Assembly: GCA_044228065.1 (NCBI GenBank)
Contig: JBGAVP010000001.1
Location: 26,271-90,270, forward strand
DNA from: Chitinophagales bacterium
GTDB taxonomy: Bacteria > Bacteroidota > Bacteroidia > Chitinophagales > LD1
Reading direction: 5' to 3'
Length of the DNA stretch: 64,000 nucleotides
Part shown: positions 48,962 through 57,939 of the stretch, one piece after another
Layout of the letters: the number at the start of each line of letters is the position of its first letter
Numbering within the stretch: the stretch's first letter is position 1
Position numbers and translations under genes: made by a program
Notes under the pieces: generated by a model
Databases searched by the model: none
Told to the model about the DNA's origin: nothing
Seen by the model: only the letters and a program-made list of their open reading frames with translations

Positions 48962-49978
48962 CTACCAAATCAAGGAAACTTTTCCCATAGATTTTCTTCC
49001 TTCCAAAAATTCATGCGCTGCTGCAAATTCGTTCACAGGAAAAACTTTCCCTGCTAAGGGTTTAAATATTCCTTGCTCGGTAAGTACCACCACATTTTCC
49101 AAACAACGCTTCAATACTTCTGGTTTATTATCGGCAATGCGAAGCATATTTACACCTATAATAGCAGTAGAGGTCATCATAAATTCAGCTGGATGATAAA
49201 TACCAAAACCCAAGCCTGCCTTTAATTTTCCGAACACATTTTTATCGGTCATATCTGCTGCCCCATAACAAACTATTCTACCACCAGATGCCAACGACTT
49301 TATTCCACGCTTCACAGAATTACCGCCCACTGCATCAAAAATTACATCTACTCCTTTTCCTCCCGTTTCCTTTTTGATGACCTCGGCAAAATCTGTTTCG
49401 TTGTAATTAATAGGATGATGAACACCACACTCTTTTAAATATTGCAATTTAGCAGCAGAGCCCGCTGTTCCAAAAATTTCACAGCCTTTATATTTTGCAT
49501 ACTGAACCAAAGCGGTACCCACTCCTCCTGCAGCCGATTGAATGAGCACTTTATCGCCTTTGTGTAACTGTACCATTTCTGCTGCCGCAAAATAAGCAGT
49601 ACAATATTGTGTGGTAAGTGCTGTGGCTTCTCCCAAAGGCATAGAGGAAGGAATTTTTACAGCCCCTCTTGTATCTACAATTGCAAATTCTGCATAGCCT
49701 CCAAAACGAGTCATAGCCGTAACTCTATCTCCTACTACAAAATCGGTGACACCTTCTCCTAGAGCCGCCACTTCCCCTACTACATCATAACCTAAAACAC
49801 ACGGAATTTTAGGAGCATCTTGATACATACCTTTGCGTGCCATTACATCTGCAAAATTCAAACCAGAGGCTTGAACTTTTACTAAAATTTCTCCCGCTTT
49901 AGGAGAGGGCTTTTCCCATTCTTTTAGTTCAAATGCTTCTGAAGCATTTCCCGTTTTTGTTAATACAATTGCTTGCAT
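48962..49978 (-). CDS. MDR-family NADPH:quinone oxidoreductase (VAT-1-like)
   Basis: GLNFADVMARKGMY, GYAE, SAAGGVG and GKV motifs. Confidence 0.9.
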   Translation of the reverse strand: MQAIVLTKTGNASEAFELKEWEKPSPKAGEILVKVQASGLNFADVMARKGMYQDAPKIPCVLGYDVVGEVAALGEGVTDFVVGDRVTAMTRFGGYAEFAIVDTRGAVKIPSSMPLGEATALTTQYCTAYFAAAEMVQLHKGDKVLIQSAAGGVGTALVQYAKYKGCEIFGTAGSAAKLQYLKECGVHHPINYNETDFAEVIKKETGGKGVDVIFDAVGGNSVKRGIKSLASGGRIVCYGAADMTDKNVFGKLKAGLGFGIYHPAEFMMTSTAIIGVNMLRIADNKPEVLKRCLENVVVLTEQGIFKPLAGKVFPVNEFAAAHEFLEGRKSMGKVSLIW

Positions 49979-50039
49979 AAATTATGTTTGAAATGTGAAT
50001 GAATTGGCTTTATATTTATTGTTGAACAAAAAACCTAAA

Positions 50040-50795
50040 ATGGCAGCCATTAAACTTAGTAAAATTAGTACCAAAGCACCGAAAAAGCTGCACAAAGAAA
50101 CTATTAAAAAAGAAACCGAAAAATTAAAAATTCGCATAGGAGAGTTGCAGAATATTTTGTATGCCGAAGGAAAGCACTCTGTACTAGTAGTTTTGCAAGG
50201 GCTAGATGCCTCTGGAAAAGATGGTGCTATCAAAAATGTTTTTGATGCTGTAAATCCTTTGGGTTGTAGAGTTTTCCCTTTTAAAAAACCTACAGAGGAA
50301 GAAATGAAACACGACTTTTTATGGCGCATTCATAAATGCACTCCAGAGCGGGGAATGATTCACATTTTCGGTAGGTCTCATTATGAAGATGTACTCATTC
50401 AACGCGTACACAATTGGATAGATGAAAAAACCGTAAAACAACGATTTGTACACATCAATAATTTCGAGAAGCTTTTAATAGAAAGCGGAACCGTGGTGCT
50501 GAAATTTTACCTGCATATTTCTCCTGAGGTACAGCTAAAAAGATTAAAAGAACGCACCACCGATCCTACTAAAAACTGGAAGTATAATGTGGCCGATATG
50601 GAAGAGCGAAAATTCTGGAAAGATTACAGAGATGCTTATGAAGCGGTATTTGAAAATTGTCAAGAAGCCGCAGACTGGCACATTATTCCTTCCGATCAAA
50701 ACTGGATTAAAGAATATTTAATTTCAAAAAAAATTGTAGAAGTTTTAGAGTCCCTTAAGTTAACCTTTCCTGCGATAAGCAATGAAACAAAATAA
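50040..50795 (+). CDS. ppk2: Polyphosphate kinase 2 family (class III-like polyP:nucleotide phosphotransferase)
   Basis: QGLDASGKDG, PTEEEMKHDFLWR, RSHYEDVL, KFYLHIS and WKY motifs. Confidence 0.9.
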   Translation: MAAIKLSKISTKAPKKLHKETIKKETEKLKIRIGELQNILYAEGKHSVLVVLQGLDASGKDGAIKNVFDAVNPLGCRVFPFKKPTEEEMKHDFLWRIHKCTPERGMIHIFGRSHYEDVLIQRVHNWIDEKTVKQRFVHINNFEKLLIESGTVVLKFYLHISPEVQLKRLKERTTDPTKNWKYNVADMEERKFWKDYRDAYEAVFENCQEAADWHIIPSDQNWIKEYLISKKIVEVLESLKLTFPAISNETK

Positions 50796-50830
50796 GGTTC
50801 AAATTTTTCATAAAAAACAATCGCAAAATT

Positions 50831-51310
50831 ATGTCAATTAGTACAGCAGATTTAAGTGATAATCACCCAGAAAAAGTTCGGGCAGCGGCTCCTTTATTTG
50901 GAGACTTTGGAGGTAATAAAAATTTCTTCGGAGAAATTGTTACCCTTAAAATTTTCGAGGATAATTCCTTCGTTAGAAAGGCCCTAGAAACAGACGGAAA
51001 AAATAAAGTTTTAGTAGTAGATGGCGGAGGCTCTATGCGCTGTGCATTGCTGGGTGATTTGTTAGCTGCTCTGGCGGTAAAAAACAATTGGGAAGGAATT
51101 GTGATAAACGGTTGTATTCGTGATTCGGTAGCTATATCAAAACTACCTCTTGGTGTAAAAGCTCTTGGAAAACATCCCTTAAAAACAATTAAAAGAAATG
51201 AAGGGCAGGAAAACATTAGCGTAACATTTGCAGGAGTAGATTTTTTTCCTGGCTATTTTTTATATGCAGATGAAGATGGAATTTTAGTTACAGCAGAAAA
51301 GTTACAATAA
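50831..51310 (+). CDS. rraA: RraA / HMG-aldolase-like family protein
   Basis: TADLSD, FEDNS, LVVDGGGS, GCIRD and ADEDG motifs. Confidence 0.9.
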   Translation: MSISTADLSDNHPEKVRAAAPLFGDFGGNKNFFGEIVTLKIFEDNSFVRKALETDGKNKVLVVDGGGSMRCALLGDLLAALAVKNNWEGIVINGCIRDSVAISKLPLGVKALGKHPLKTIKRNEGQENISVTFAGVDFFPGYFLYADEDGILVTAEKLQ

Positions 51311-51366
51311 TCCTATTATATTTAATTTCTCTATAACATTATTTAGCTAAAACCTTCAAACCGAAC

Positions 51367-54222
51367 ATGAAACATTTTACGCTTATTTTATCCTTTACAC
51401 TTCTTTTATGCTTGAGTGCTTTTGCTCAAACCAGAACCATTACTGGTAGAATTTTAGACCCTTCTACGAAAGAGGCTTTGATAGGTGCATCCGTAGTAAT
51501 AAAAGGTTCTACTTCGGGGGTTACTACTGATGTAAACGGAAACTTTAGTTTACAGGTTCCAAACGATGCGAAAGCACTAACCATTTCTTATGTGGGTTAC
51601 ACGGCCAAAGATGTTCCCATTGGAGCGTCCAATGTGATAAATGTAAACTTAGAATCTTCTAGCATTGTTACCAGCGATGTAACGGTAACTTCTTCCAGAA
51701 CTACCGAAACTATTAAGCAATCTGCAGTGCAAATAGAGAAGATGGGAACAAGAGAAATTAAGAACGCAGCATCTGGAGATTTCTATCAAAATATTTCCAA
51801 TTTTAAAGGGGTAGATTTAGTAACTACTTCTTTTGGTTTTAAAGTTCTTAACCTAAGAGGTTTTAGCGGTACTAACTCAGGACGCTCGTTGCAATTAATA
51901 GATGGTATAGATAATCAAGCTCCAGGTTTAAATTTTCCTTTAGGAAACTTGGTGGGAATAAATGATTTAGACTTGAACAGTGTAGAAGTAATTTCTGGGC
52001 CAGCATCAGCTCTTTATGGAGCTAATGCGATGCAAGGGGTTATTAATATGACTTCAAAAAGTGCATTTGATGTTCAAGGTCTTGCTTTACAAATTAAAGG
52101 GGGCGGAACAACTGTTCCTGCTGGATATGTAGAAGCACAGTTCAGATATGCGCAGGCTTTTGGCAAAAAGAAAAACTGGGCTTTTAAATTGACGGGCTCT
52201 TATATGCAAACAAAAGATTGGGCTGCAGAAGACGACAGTTTCAATAGATACGGAAACATAAGAACCACACAGGATGTAACTTTTATTCTTAGAAAAAAAG
52301 CTTTGCAAGATGTGGGTCCTAACTTCACACAAGATTCAAAAGACAAACTCATTCGGTTAAATAACTGGCTCGATTTTAACCCGATTGCTAATCCTAAAAA
52401 TTTAGATATTCAGGCACCGGGTTATATGGAATCGCAAATGACCAATTACAAAACCTACAGTTTAAAAATAGCAGGTGAATTTCACTATAAAATAACCAAC
52501 GATATTGACCTCTCATACACCGGTAAATTTGGTATGGGAAATGCCGTTTATCAATCAGTAAGCCGCTATCAATTAAAAGACATTATTTTTCACCAACACA
52601 AAATCGAATTAAAGGGTAAAAACTTTGTGGTAAGAGGATATGTTTCTGCAGATGATGCTGGTAACTCTTACGATATAAGAAGAACCGCTCAATACATTTC
52701 TAGAGCTTCTGTTACCGACTACATTACTAATTTCAACACTTCTTATTTTGATTCTTTAAGAGTTTACACAGATGGTTTCAATGCCGATAATGAAGCTAGA
52801 AATTGGATGGCCGATTCTGCTAAAAGAGTGGCTATAAAATATGCCGATGCTACAGGATGGCAGGCAGGAGGCTCCCCTAAATTTGACTCTTTGTATAAAG
52901 TAATTACTTCCGACCCCAGAGGTAAATTAGGCACTAAATTTATTGACCATTCTGCACTTTACCATCTAGAAGCTCAATGGAATTTCTTGAACAAAAAACA
53001 CATAGATATGATAGGCGGGGGAAGTTACCGTGCTTACATACCTGCATCACAAGGAACTATTTTTGCAGACAGTTTAATAGACAAAGGTGATACACTAGCA
53101 AACGGCTATCCGAATCCAAAAGGAAGATATGCTAAAATTGTGGTACAAGAATACGGTGCTTATTTACAAGCTACGGTAAAACTTTGGAAAGACCACATCC
53201 GCCTTTTAGGAACTATGCGGGTAGATAAAAACACCAATTACCCCGTGCGTGTTTCACCTAGAGGTGCCATTGTTGCTAAGTTTGGCGACCATACCATTCG
53301 TGTGGGAGTTTCTACGGCCTTTAAAAGCCCTACCCTACAAGAACAATATCTCAACCTAGATTTGGGTGTAATTCAGCTAATAGGAAACAAAGATGGACAA
53401 AAGAATCTATACACCTACAATTCTGTTTTAGATGCCAAAGAATATTACGAGAACAATACCTCCGACCCGTATAATAAAGAAGTAGCTGCTAAAATGCTTG
53501 TAAAAACAGAATTGGCTCCTCTAAAACCAGAACAAGTTACCTCTATCGATTTTGGTTACCGTGGTGACTTTTTCCAAAAGAAATTAAGCATCGATATTGC
53601 CGGATATTACAGCTGGTATAAAAACTTTATCGGCTTTACCAGAGTAGTAAGACCTCAGGGAGGAATAGCTGGAGAAGCTTCTGGAGAAACCGATGTCATT
53701 GCTTCTATAGTACAACCTACCACAAAATATTATACCCTTTATCAAATCTATGTAAACTCTAATAATATAGTGCCAGCATGGGGTGCATCTATCAGTGCTA
53801 GCTACTATGTAGGAAAGGGAATAGCTCCTTACATCAACTATACTTATGCCGATTTAAAAGAGTCGAGTCTTTCTGGAACAGGAGCTACGGTGCTTTCTGG
53901 TTTCAATGCTCCTCGTCACAAATTTAACTTGGGCGTAATAGGTACTAAAGTCTATAAAGGCTTAGGATTCTCAGCTAACTTTAAATGGGTTAATAGCTAT
54001 TTCTGGCAAAGTTCTTTTGCCGATGCAAAAGTGCCTTCTTTCCATACTTTAGATTTACAGATTAGCTATGAATTAGAAAAATATTATTCTACTATTCGTG
54101 TAGGAGGTTCTAATATTTACAACAACAAACACATAGAAGCAGCTGGTTCTCCTAAGATAGGCGCTTTGTATTATGTATCATGGACATTTGATTTTAATAA
54201 ATTCAAATTCATGCAAAAATAA
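51367..54222 (+). CDS. TonB-dependent receptor with an N-terminal carboxypeptidase-regulatory-like domain
   Basis: LIGASV..G..TDVNGNFSL; plug motif EVISGPASALYGANA; PTLQEQY; LKPEQVTS; beta-barrel C-terminus. Confidence 0.93.
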   Translation: MKHFTLILSFTLLLCLSAFAQTRTITGRILDPSTKEALIGASVVIKGSTSGVTTDVNGNFSLQVPNDAKALTISYVGYTAKDVPIGASNVINVNLESSSIVTSDVTVTSSRTTETIKQSAVQIEKMGTREIKNAASGDFYQNISNFKGVDLVTTSFGFKVLNLRGFSGTNSGRSLQLIDGIDNQAPGLNFPLGNLVGINDLDLNSVEVISGPASALYGANAMQGVINMTSKSAFDVQGLALQIKGGGTTVPAGYVEAQFRYAQAFGKKKNWAFKLTGSYMQTKDWAAEDDSFNRYGNIRTTQDVTFILRKKALQDVGPNFTQDSKDKLIRLNNWLDFNPIANPKNLDIQAPGYMESQMTNYKTYSLKIAGEFHYKITNDIDLSYTGKFGMGNAVYQSVSRYQLKDIIFHQHKIELKGKNFVVRGYVSADDAGNSYDIRRTAQYISRASVTDYITNFNTSYFDSLRVYTDGFNADNEARNWMADSAKRVAIKYADATGWQAGGSPKFDSLYKVITSDPRGKLGTKFIDHSALYHLEAQWNFLNKKHIDMIGGGSYRAYIPASQGTIFADSLIDKGDTLANGYPNPKGRYAKIVVQEYGAYLQATVKLWKDHIRLLGTMRVDKNTNYPVRVSPRGAIVAKFGDHTIRVGVSTAFKSPTLQEQYLNLDLGVIQLIGNKDGQKNLYTYNSVLDAKEYYENNTSDPYNKEVAAKMLVKTELAPLKPEQVTSIDFGYRGDFFQKKLSIDIAGYYSWYKNFIGFTRVVRPQGGIAGEASGETDVIASIVQPTTKYYTLYQIYVNSNNIVPAWGASISASYYVGKGIAPYINYTYADLKESSLSGTGATVLSGFNAPRHKFNLGVIGTKVYKGLGFSANFKWVNSYFWQSSFADAKVPSFHTLDLQISYELEKYYSTIRVGGSNIYNNKHIEAAGSPKIGALYYVSWTFDFNKFKFMQK

Positions 54223-54241
54223 TTGGTGGAAATTTAAACAT

Positions 54242-54270
54242 AAAAAGGTGGGCATAAGCTCACCTTTTTT
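54242..54270 (+). terminator. Intrinsic terminator after the TonB-dependent receptor
   Basis: AAAAAGGTGGGC-ATAA-GCTCACCTTTTTT. Confidence 0.8.
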
Positions 54271-54305
54271 ATTTGCAGAAAAGTGAACCCTTTATTAGAA
54301 TCTAA

Positions 54306-54313
54306 TATCTTTG
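54306..54313 (+). promoter_or_regulatory. -7 promoter element directly before the NAD kinase start codon
   Basis: TATCTTTG-CCGC-ATG. Confidence 0.65.
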
Positions 54314-54317
54314 CCGC

Positions 54318-55193
54318 ATGGTTGTCCTTTTTGGAAAAACACTTAGCAGTAGCAATGTAATTTTCGTTAGAGAAATTTTAGACTATCTCCACAGAGTAGG
54401 ATTGAAATTTGTATTAGAAGAAAACTATGCCCAACTGCTGCGCGATCAACACAAAATTGAAATTACCTCCCCCACTTTTAAAAACTATAACGAAGTAAAA
54501 GACCAGGCAGAAGTAGTTTTTAGCTTAGGTGGCGATGGCACCATTCTAGAAGCCATTACCTTTATTAAAGAAGCCGAAACACCTATTCTAGGTATTAATT
54601 TTGGCAGACTGGGTTTCCTCGCCAATGTGGGCAAAGACCAAATTCACCAAGCTATTGATATTGTATCGCGCGGAAAATATTTGATTGATAAGCGCTCCCT
54701 TTTAGAGTTAAATTGTAACCAACCCGTTTTTGGCGATTTCAATTTCGCACTCAATGAAATGACCATTCAGCGAAAAGACCAATCGAGCATGATTACCGTT
54801 CATACTTACTTAAATGGCGAGCTGCTGAACTCCTATTGGGCAGATGGTTTGATTGTGGCCACCCCTACGGGTTCTACAGGCTATTCGCTCAGTTGCGGGG
54901 GACCTATTATTTACCCCAGTTCCACCAATTTTGTAATTACTCCGGTAGCCCCTCATAACCTTAATGTGCGGCCTATTATTGTATCGGACGATGTGGTACT
55001 TTCCTTTGAAGTTACGGGTAGAGGCGATAGCTTTTTGTGTACACTCGATTCCCGTTTCGAACGAATAGATTCTACTTTTCAATTGGCTATAAAAAAAGCT
55101 CCTTTCAGTGCCAATCTTGTGCGCCTAACCGATATGAATTTCATCTCCTCTCTAAAAAACAAATTGAACTGGGGAACAGATATGCGGAATTAA
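54318..55193 (+). CDS. ppnK: NAD kinase
   Basis: GGDGT, GINFGRLGFL, ALNE and DGLIVATPTGSTGYSLSCGGP motifs. Confidence 0.96.
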   Translation: MVVLFGKTLSSSNVIFVREILDYLHRVGLKFVLEENYAQLLRDQHKIEITSPTFKNYNEVKDQAEVVFSLGGDGTILEAITFIKEAETPILGINFGRLGFLANVGKDQIHQAIDIVSRGKYLIDKRSLLELNCNQPVFGDFNFALNEMTIQRKDQSSMITVHTYLNGELLNSYWADGLIVATPTGSTGYSLSCGGPIIYPSSTNFVITPVAPHNLNVRPIIVSDDVVLSFEVTGRGDSFLCTLDSRFERIDSTFQLAIKKAPFSANLVRLTDMNFISSLKNKLNWGTDMRN

Positions 55194-56077
55194 GTACTCC
55201 GCTTCCCCACAAAATAAACACCTGCTAAAATCAACAACATTCCGAGTAACTGAACAAAATTAAGGGTTTCGCCATCTGCCAATCCCCAGCTAAGAGCCAC
55301 TATCGGAATTAAATAAGTAACTGACGCTGCCATAAGCGCATCCGTACGCTGTACAAGTTTATAAAACAACAGCCACGCTATTACGGTTCCAAACAATGCC
55401 AAAAAACAAACACACGAAAAAGAAAAAAGAGCTCCTTCTGCGTGTTGCATTTTAAAAACAAAATCAGTAGAAAACAAAACTAGCATGGCTGGAATACCCA
55501 TCACACTCATGGCTATAGCCGTTACATGCAGGGCATTGGTAGCGGGGAAAAAACGCTTCACAAAATTAGAGTTTAACCCATAGCAAAAGGTAGCCAATAC
55601 AGGAAGGGAGGCATAAAATAAATCTGCTTTAAAATTCACATCCTTCTTGCCCAAAACCAAAACCAAAGCACCCATAAAACCAATTAAAACGCCCAGCATT
55701 TTAGTGCGCGTAACCGCCACCCCAAAAAGCAACAAACCTGTAAGTACCGTAAACAGCGGAGAAAGAGAATTAATAATACCACTTACAGAGCTGCTAATAT
55801 GGACCATAGCAAAAGCAAACAAAAAAGCAGGGAAACCCGTACCAAACAAACCCACAAAAAGGATGTAAGGATACTTTTCTTTAGGAATGCTTTTTAATGC
55901 TGAAAACAAGAAAGGAATACATGCCAAAAAGGAAAGTGAAATGCGCAAACTCGCCATTTCCACGGGGCTAAAAACGATCAAAGATTTTTTGATGAGAATA
56001 TACGAACTACCCCAAATGAGCGTAAGCCCACCAAGTAATAACCAATTCTGCAAATTGTTTTTCTCTGATGAAACCAT
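55190..56077 (-). CDS. EamA/DMT family transporter
   Basis: IWGSSY, SSVSGIINSLSPLF and VTYLIPIVA motifs; ~10 TM segments. Confidence 0.92.
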   Translation of the reverse strand: MVSSEKNNLQNWLLLGGLTLIWGSSYILIKKSLIVFSPVEMASLRISLSFLACIPFLFSALKSIPKEKYPYILFVGLFGTGFPAFLFAFAMVHISSSVSGIINSLSPLFTVLTGLLLFGVAVTRTKMLGVLIGFMGALVLVLGKKDVNFKADLFYASLPVLATFCYGLNSNFVKRFFPATNALHVTAIAMSVMGIPAMLVLFSTDFVFKMQHAEGALFSFSCVCFLALFGTVIAWLLFYKLVQRTDALMAASVTYLIPIVALSWGLADGETLNFVQLLGMLLILAGVYFVGKRST

Positions 56078-56091
56078 TTCCTAATAAGACT

Positions 56092-57102
56092 TTAAGACGG
56101 ACTATTAATTTTATCCATCAGTCTGTCCTTCAGTTCATCAATATTATAATACGAAGCCGCAGAAATAAAAAGATAGTCTAGCTTTTCCTTTTTAGGCAAT
56201 TTCTTTTTCAATTCTTTTTCTACCATTTCACGCGTTTCTTCATCTACCATATCGCATTTGGTAATGGCTAGTATTCGCTCTTTCTGCAATAATTCTGGAT
56301 TATACAATTTCAATTCTTTTAGCAAGATTTTGTATTGACCCATTATATCATCACTATCAATAGGTACCATAAAAAGCAGACAGGCATTGCGTTCTATATG
56401 CCGCAAGAACCGAATTCCCAAGCCTTTTCCTTCGTGAGCTCCTTCTATAATTCCAGGTATATCTGCCATTACAAAAGATTGCCCCCCTCTATAATCCACT
56501 ATTCCCAAATTGGGAACCAAAGTAGTAAATGGGTAGTCCGCTATTTCTGGTTTAGCAGCAGATACAGCTGCCAATAAAGTAGATTTTCCTGCATTGGGGA
56601 AGCCTACCAAACCTACATCAGCCAGTACTTTCAGCTCTAGCACTATCCAATCTTCTTTACTTGTAATACCCGGTTGAGCATAAGTAGGAGCTTGATTGGT
56701 AGAGGTTTTAAAGTTGGTATTGCCTAAACCACCCATACCCCCTTCCATTAAAATAAACTCTTGCCCTTCTTCATTTATTTCACACAACTGTTCACCCGTC
56801 TCAAAATTTTTAGCTACGGTGCCCAGTGGCACTTCCAGTATCTCATCTTTTCCGCTTTTACCCGAGCGTTGTGAACCTTCCCCTCTAGCCCCATCTTCCG
56901 CCATAATATGCTTGCGATATTTAAGGTGCAGTAGTGTCCAAAGTTGCTTATTGCCTCTCAATATCACGTGCCCTCCCCTGCCTCCATCGCCTCCATCGGG
57001 TCCTCCTTTGGGTATAAATTTTTCTCTGCGGAAATGCGATGAACCAGGCCCACCCTTGCCCGATTTACAATGAATTTTTACGTAATCAATAAAATTTTCC
57101 AT
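56092..57102 (-). CDS. obgE: GTPase ObgE/CgtA
   Basis: [35 protein letters not shown] and TKCD motifs. Confidence 0.98.
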   Translation of the reverse strand: MENFIDYVKIHCKSGKGGPGSSHFRREKFIPKGGPDGGDGGRGGHVILRGNKQLWTLLHLKYRKHIMAEDGARGEGSQRSGKSGKDEILEVPLGTVAKNFETGEQLCEINEEGQEFILMEGGMGGLGNTNFKTSTNQAPTYAQPGITSKEDWIVLELKVLADVGLVGFPNAGKSTLLAAVSAAKPEIADYPFTTLVPNLGIVDYRGGQSFVMADIPGIIEGAHEGKGLGIRFLRHIERNACLLFMVPIDSDDIMGQYKILLKELKLYNPELLQKERILAITKCDMVDEETREMVEKELKKKLPKKEKLDYLFISAASYYNIDELKDRLMDKINSPS

Positions 57103-57261
57103 GAATTTTTCTCCTCTGTGCTTTTTCTCTAAGGGGACGAAGATACTATTTCTAAAAGAGAAGTAATTTAAAGTGTTGGAAGCTTTGCTTCTTAGCGTTT
57201 CATTTTCTAAAAAAGAAATTGCCTTTATCGGAATAGCTAGAAATCAAACTGGCAAAATTGC

Positions 57262-57843
57262 TTAATTCATTTCTATGCCATCCAATTCTTTACAAAGTGC
57301 TTGAAATATTTCTTCTATTTCACCTACTCCTGGTATGCCCACATACTTATTTTGCGCGGTATAAAAATCCTTCACAGGGGAAGTTTCTTGATTGTAAACA
57401 TCTATTCGTTTTTGTATAACCGCAGGGTTTTGGTCATCAGGTCTGCCACTATCTTTCCCTCTTAAAAGCAAGCGCTTTTTTAATTCTTCCTCAGGAACCT
57501 CCAGCGCCAACATTTTAGTAATAGTTGTGTTTTTAGAACTAAGAAAAATATCTAAAGCTACTGCCTGGGTAGAGGTTCTTGGAAACCCATCAAATATAAA
57601 ACCAGTAGCTGCAGCTTGCTTATTTACCTCCGCTTCCAGCATGCTTATAGTCACCTCATCGGGAACCAACTGCCCTTTATCCATGTAGCTTTTGGCCAGC
57701 TTCCCTAGTTCAGTTTCGCCTTTAATATTTGCTCTAAAAATATCACCTGTAGACAAGTGTACTAAATTGTAACGAGCTACTAATTTAGCCGCTTGCGTTC
57801 CCTTTCCACTGCCCGGAGGACCAAATAATACAATGTTTTTCAT
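57262..57843 (-). CDS. adk: Adenylate kinase (short-LID form)
   Basis: GPPGSGKGTQ, STGD, GQLVPD, DGFPR and RPDD motifs. Confidence 0.97.
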   Translation of the reverse strand: MKNIVLFGPPGSGKGTQAAKLVARYNLVHLSTGDIFRANIKGETELGKLAKSYMDKGQLVPDEVTISMLEAEVNKQAAATGFIFDGFPRTSTQAVALDIFLSSKNTTITKMLALEVPEEELKKRLLLRGKDSGRPDDQNPAVIQKRIDVYNQETSPVKDFYTAQNKYVGIPGVGEIEEIFQALCKELDGIEMN

Positions 57844-57867
57844 ACGAGGTAATTTTTATAAAGACGG

Positions 57868-57875
57868 CAAATATA
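57868..57875 (-). promoter_or_regulatory. -7 promoter element for adk
   Basis: TATATTTG on the minus strand, 24 nt upstream of the ATG. Confidence 0.6.
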
Positions 57876-57884
57876 CAGATTGCA

Positions 57885-57918
57885 TAAAAAAACCCGTGAA
57901 GTTTTTTCACGGGTTTTT
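57885..57918 (-). terminator. Intrinsic terminator after the CocE-like gene
   Basis: AAAAACCCGTGAA-GTTTT-TTCACGGGTTTTT. Confidence 0.8.
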
Positions 57919-57939
57919 GATATTATAATTAAAACAAAT

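Noticed and set aside
51367-54222. SusC/SusD polysaccharide utilisation locus
   Set aside because: No susD follows, a terminator comes directly after the gene, and the SusC signature motifs are absent.
57103-57261. Structured ncRNA between adk and obgE
   Set aside because: No convincing stem-loops or known motif. It only contains a possible -7-like TATCTTCG on the minus strand.
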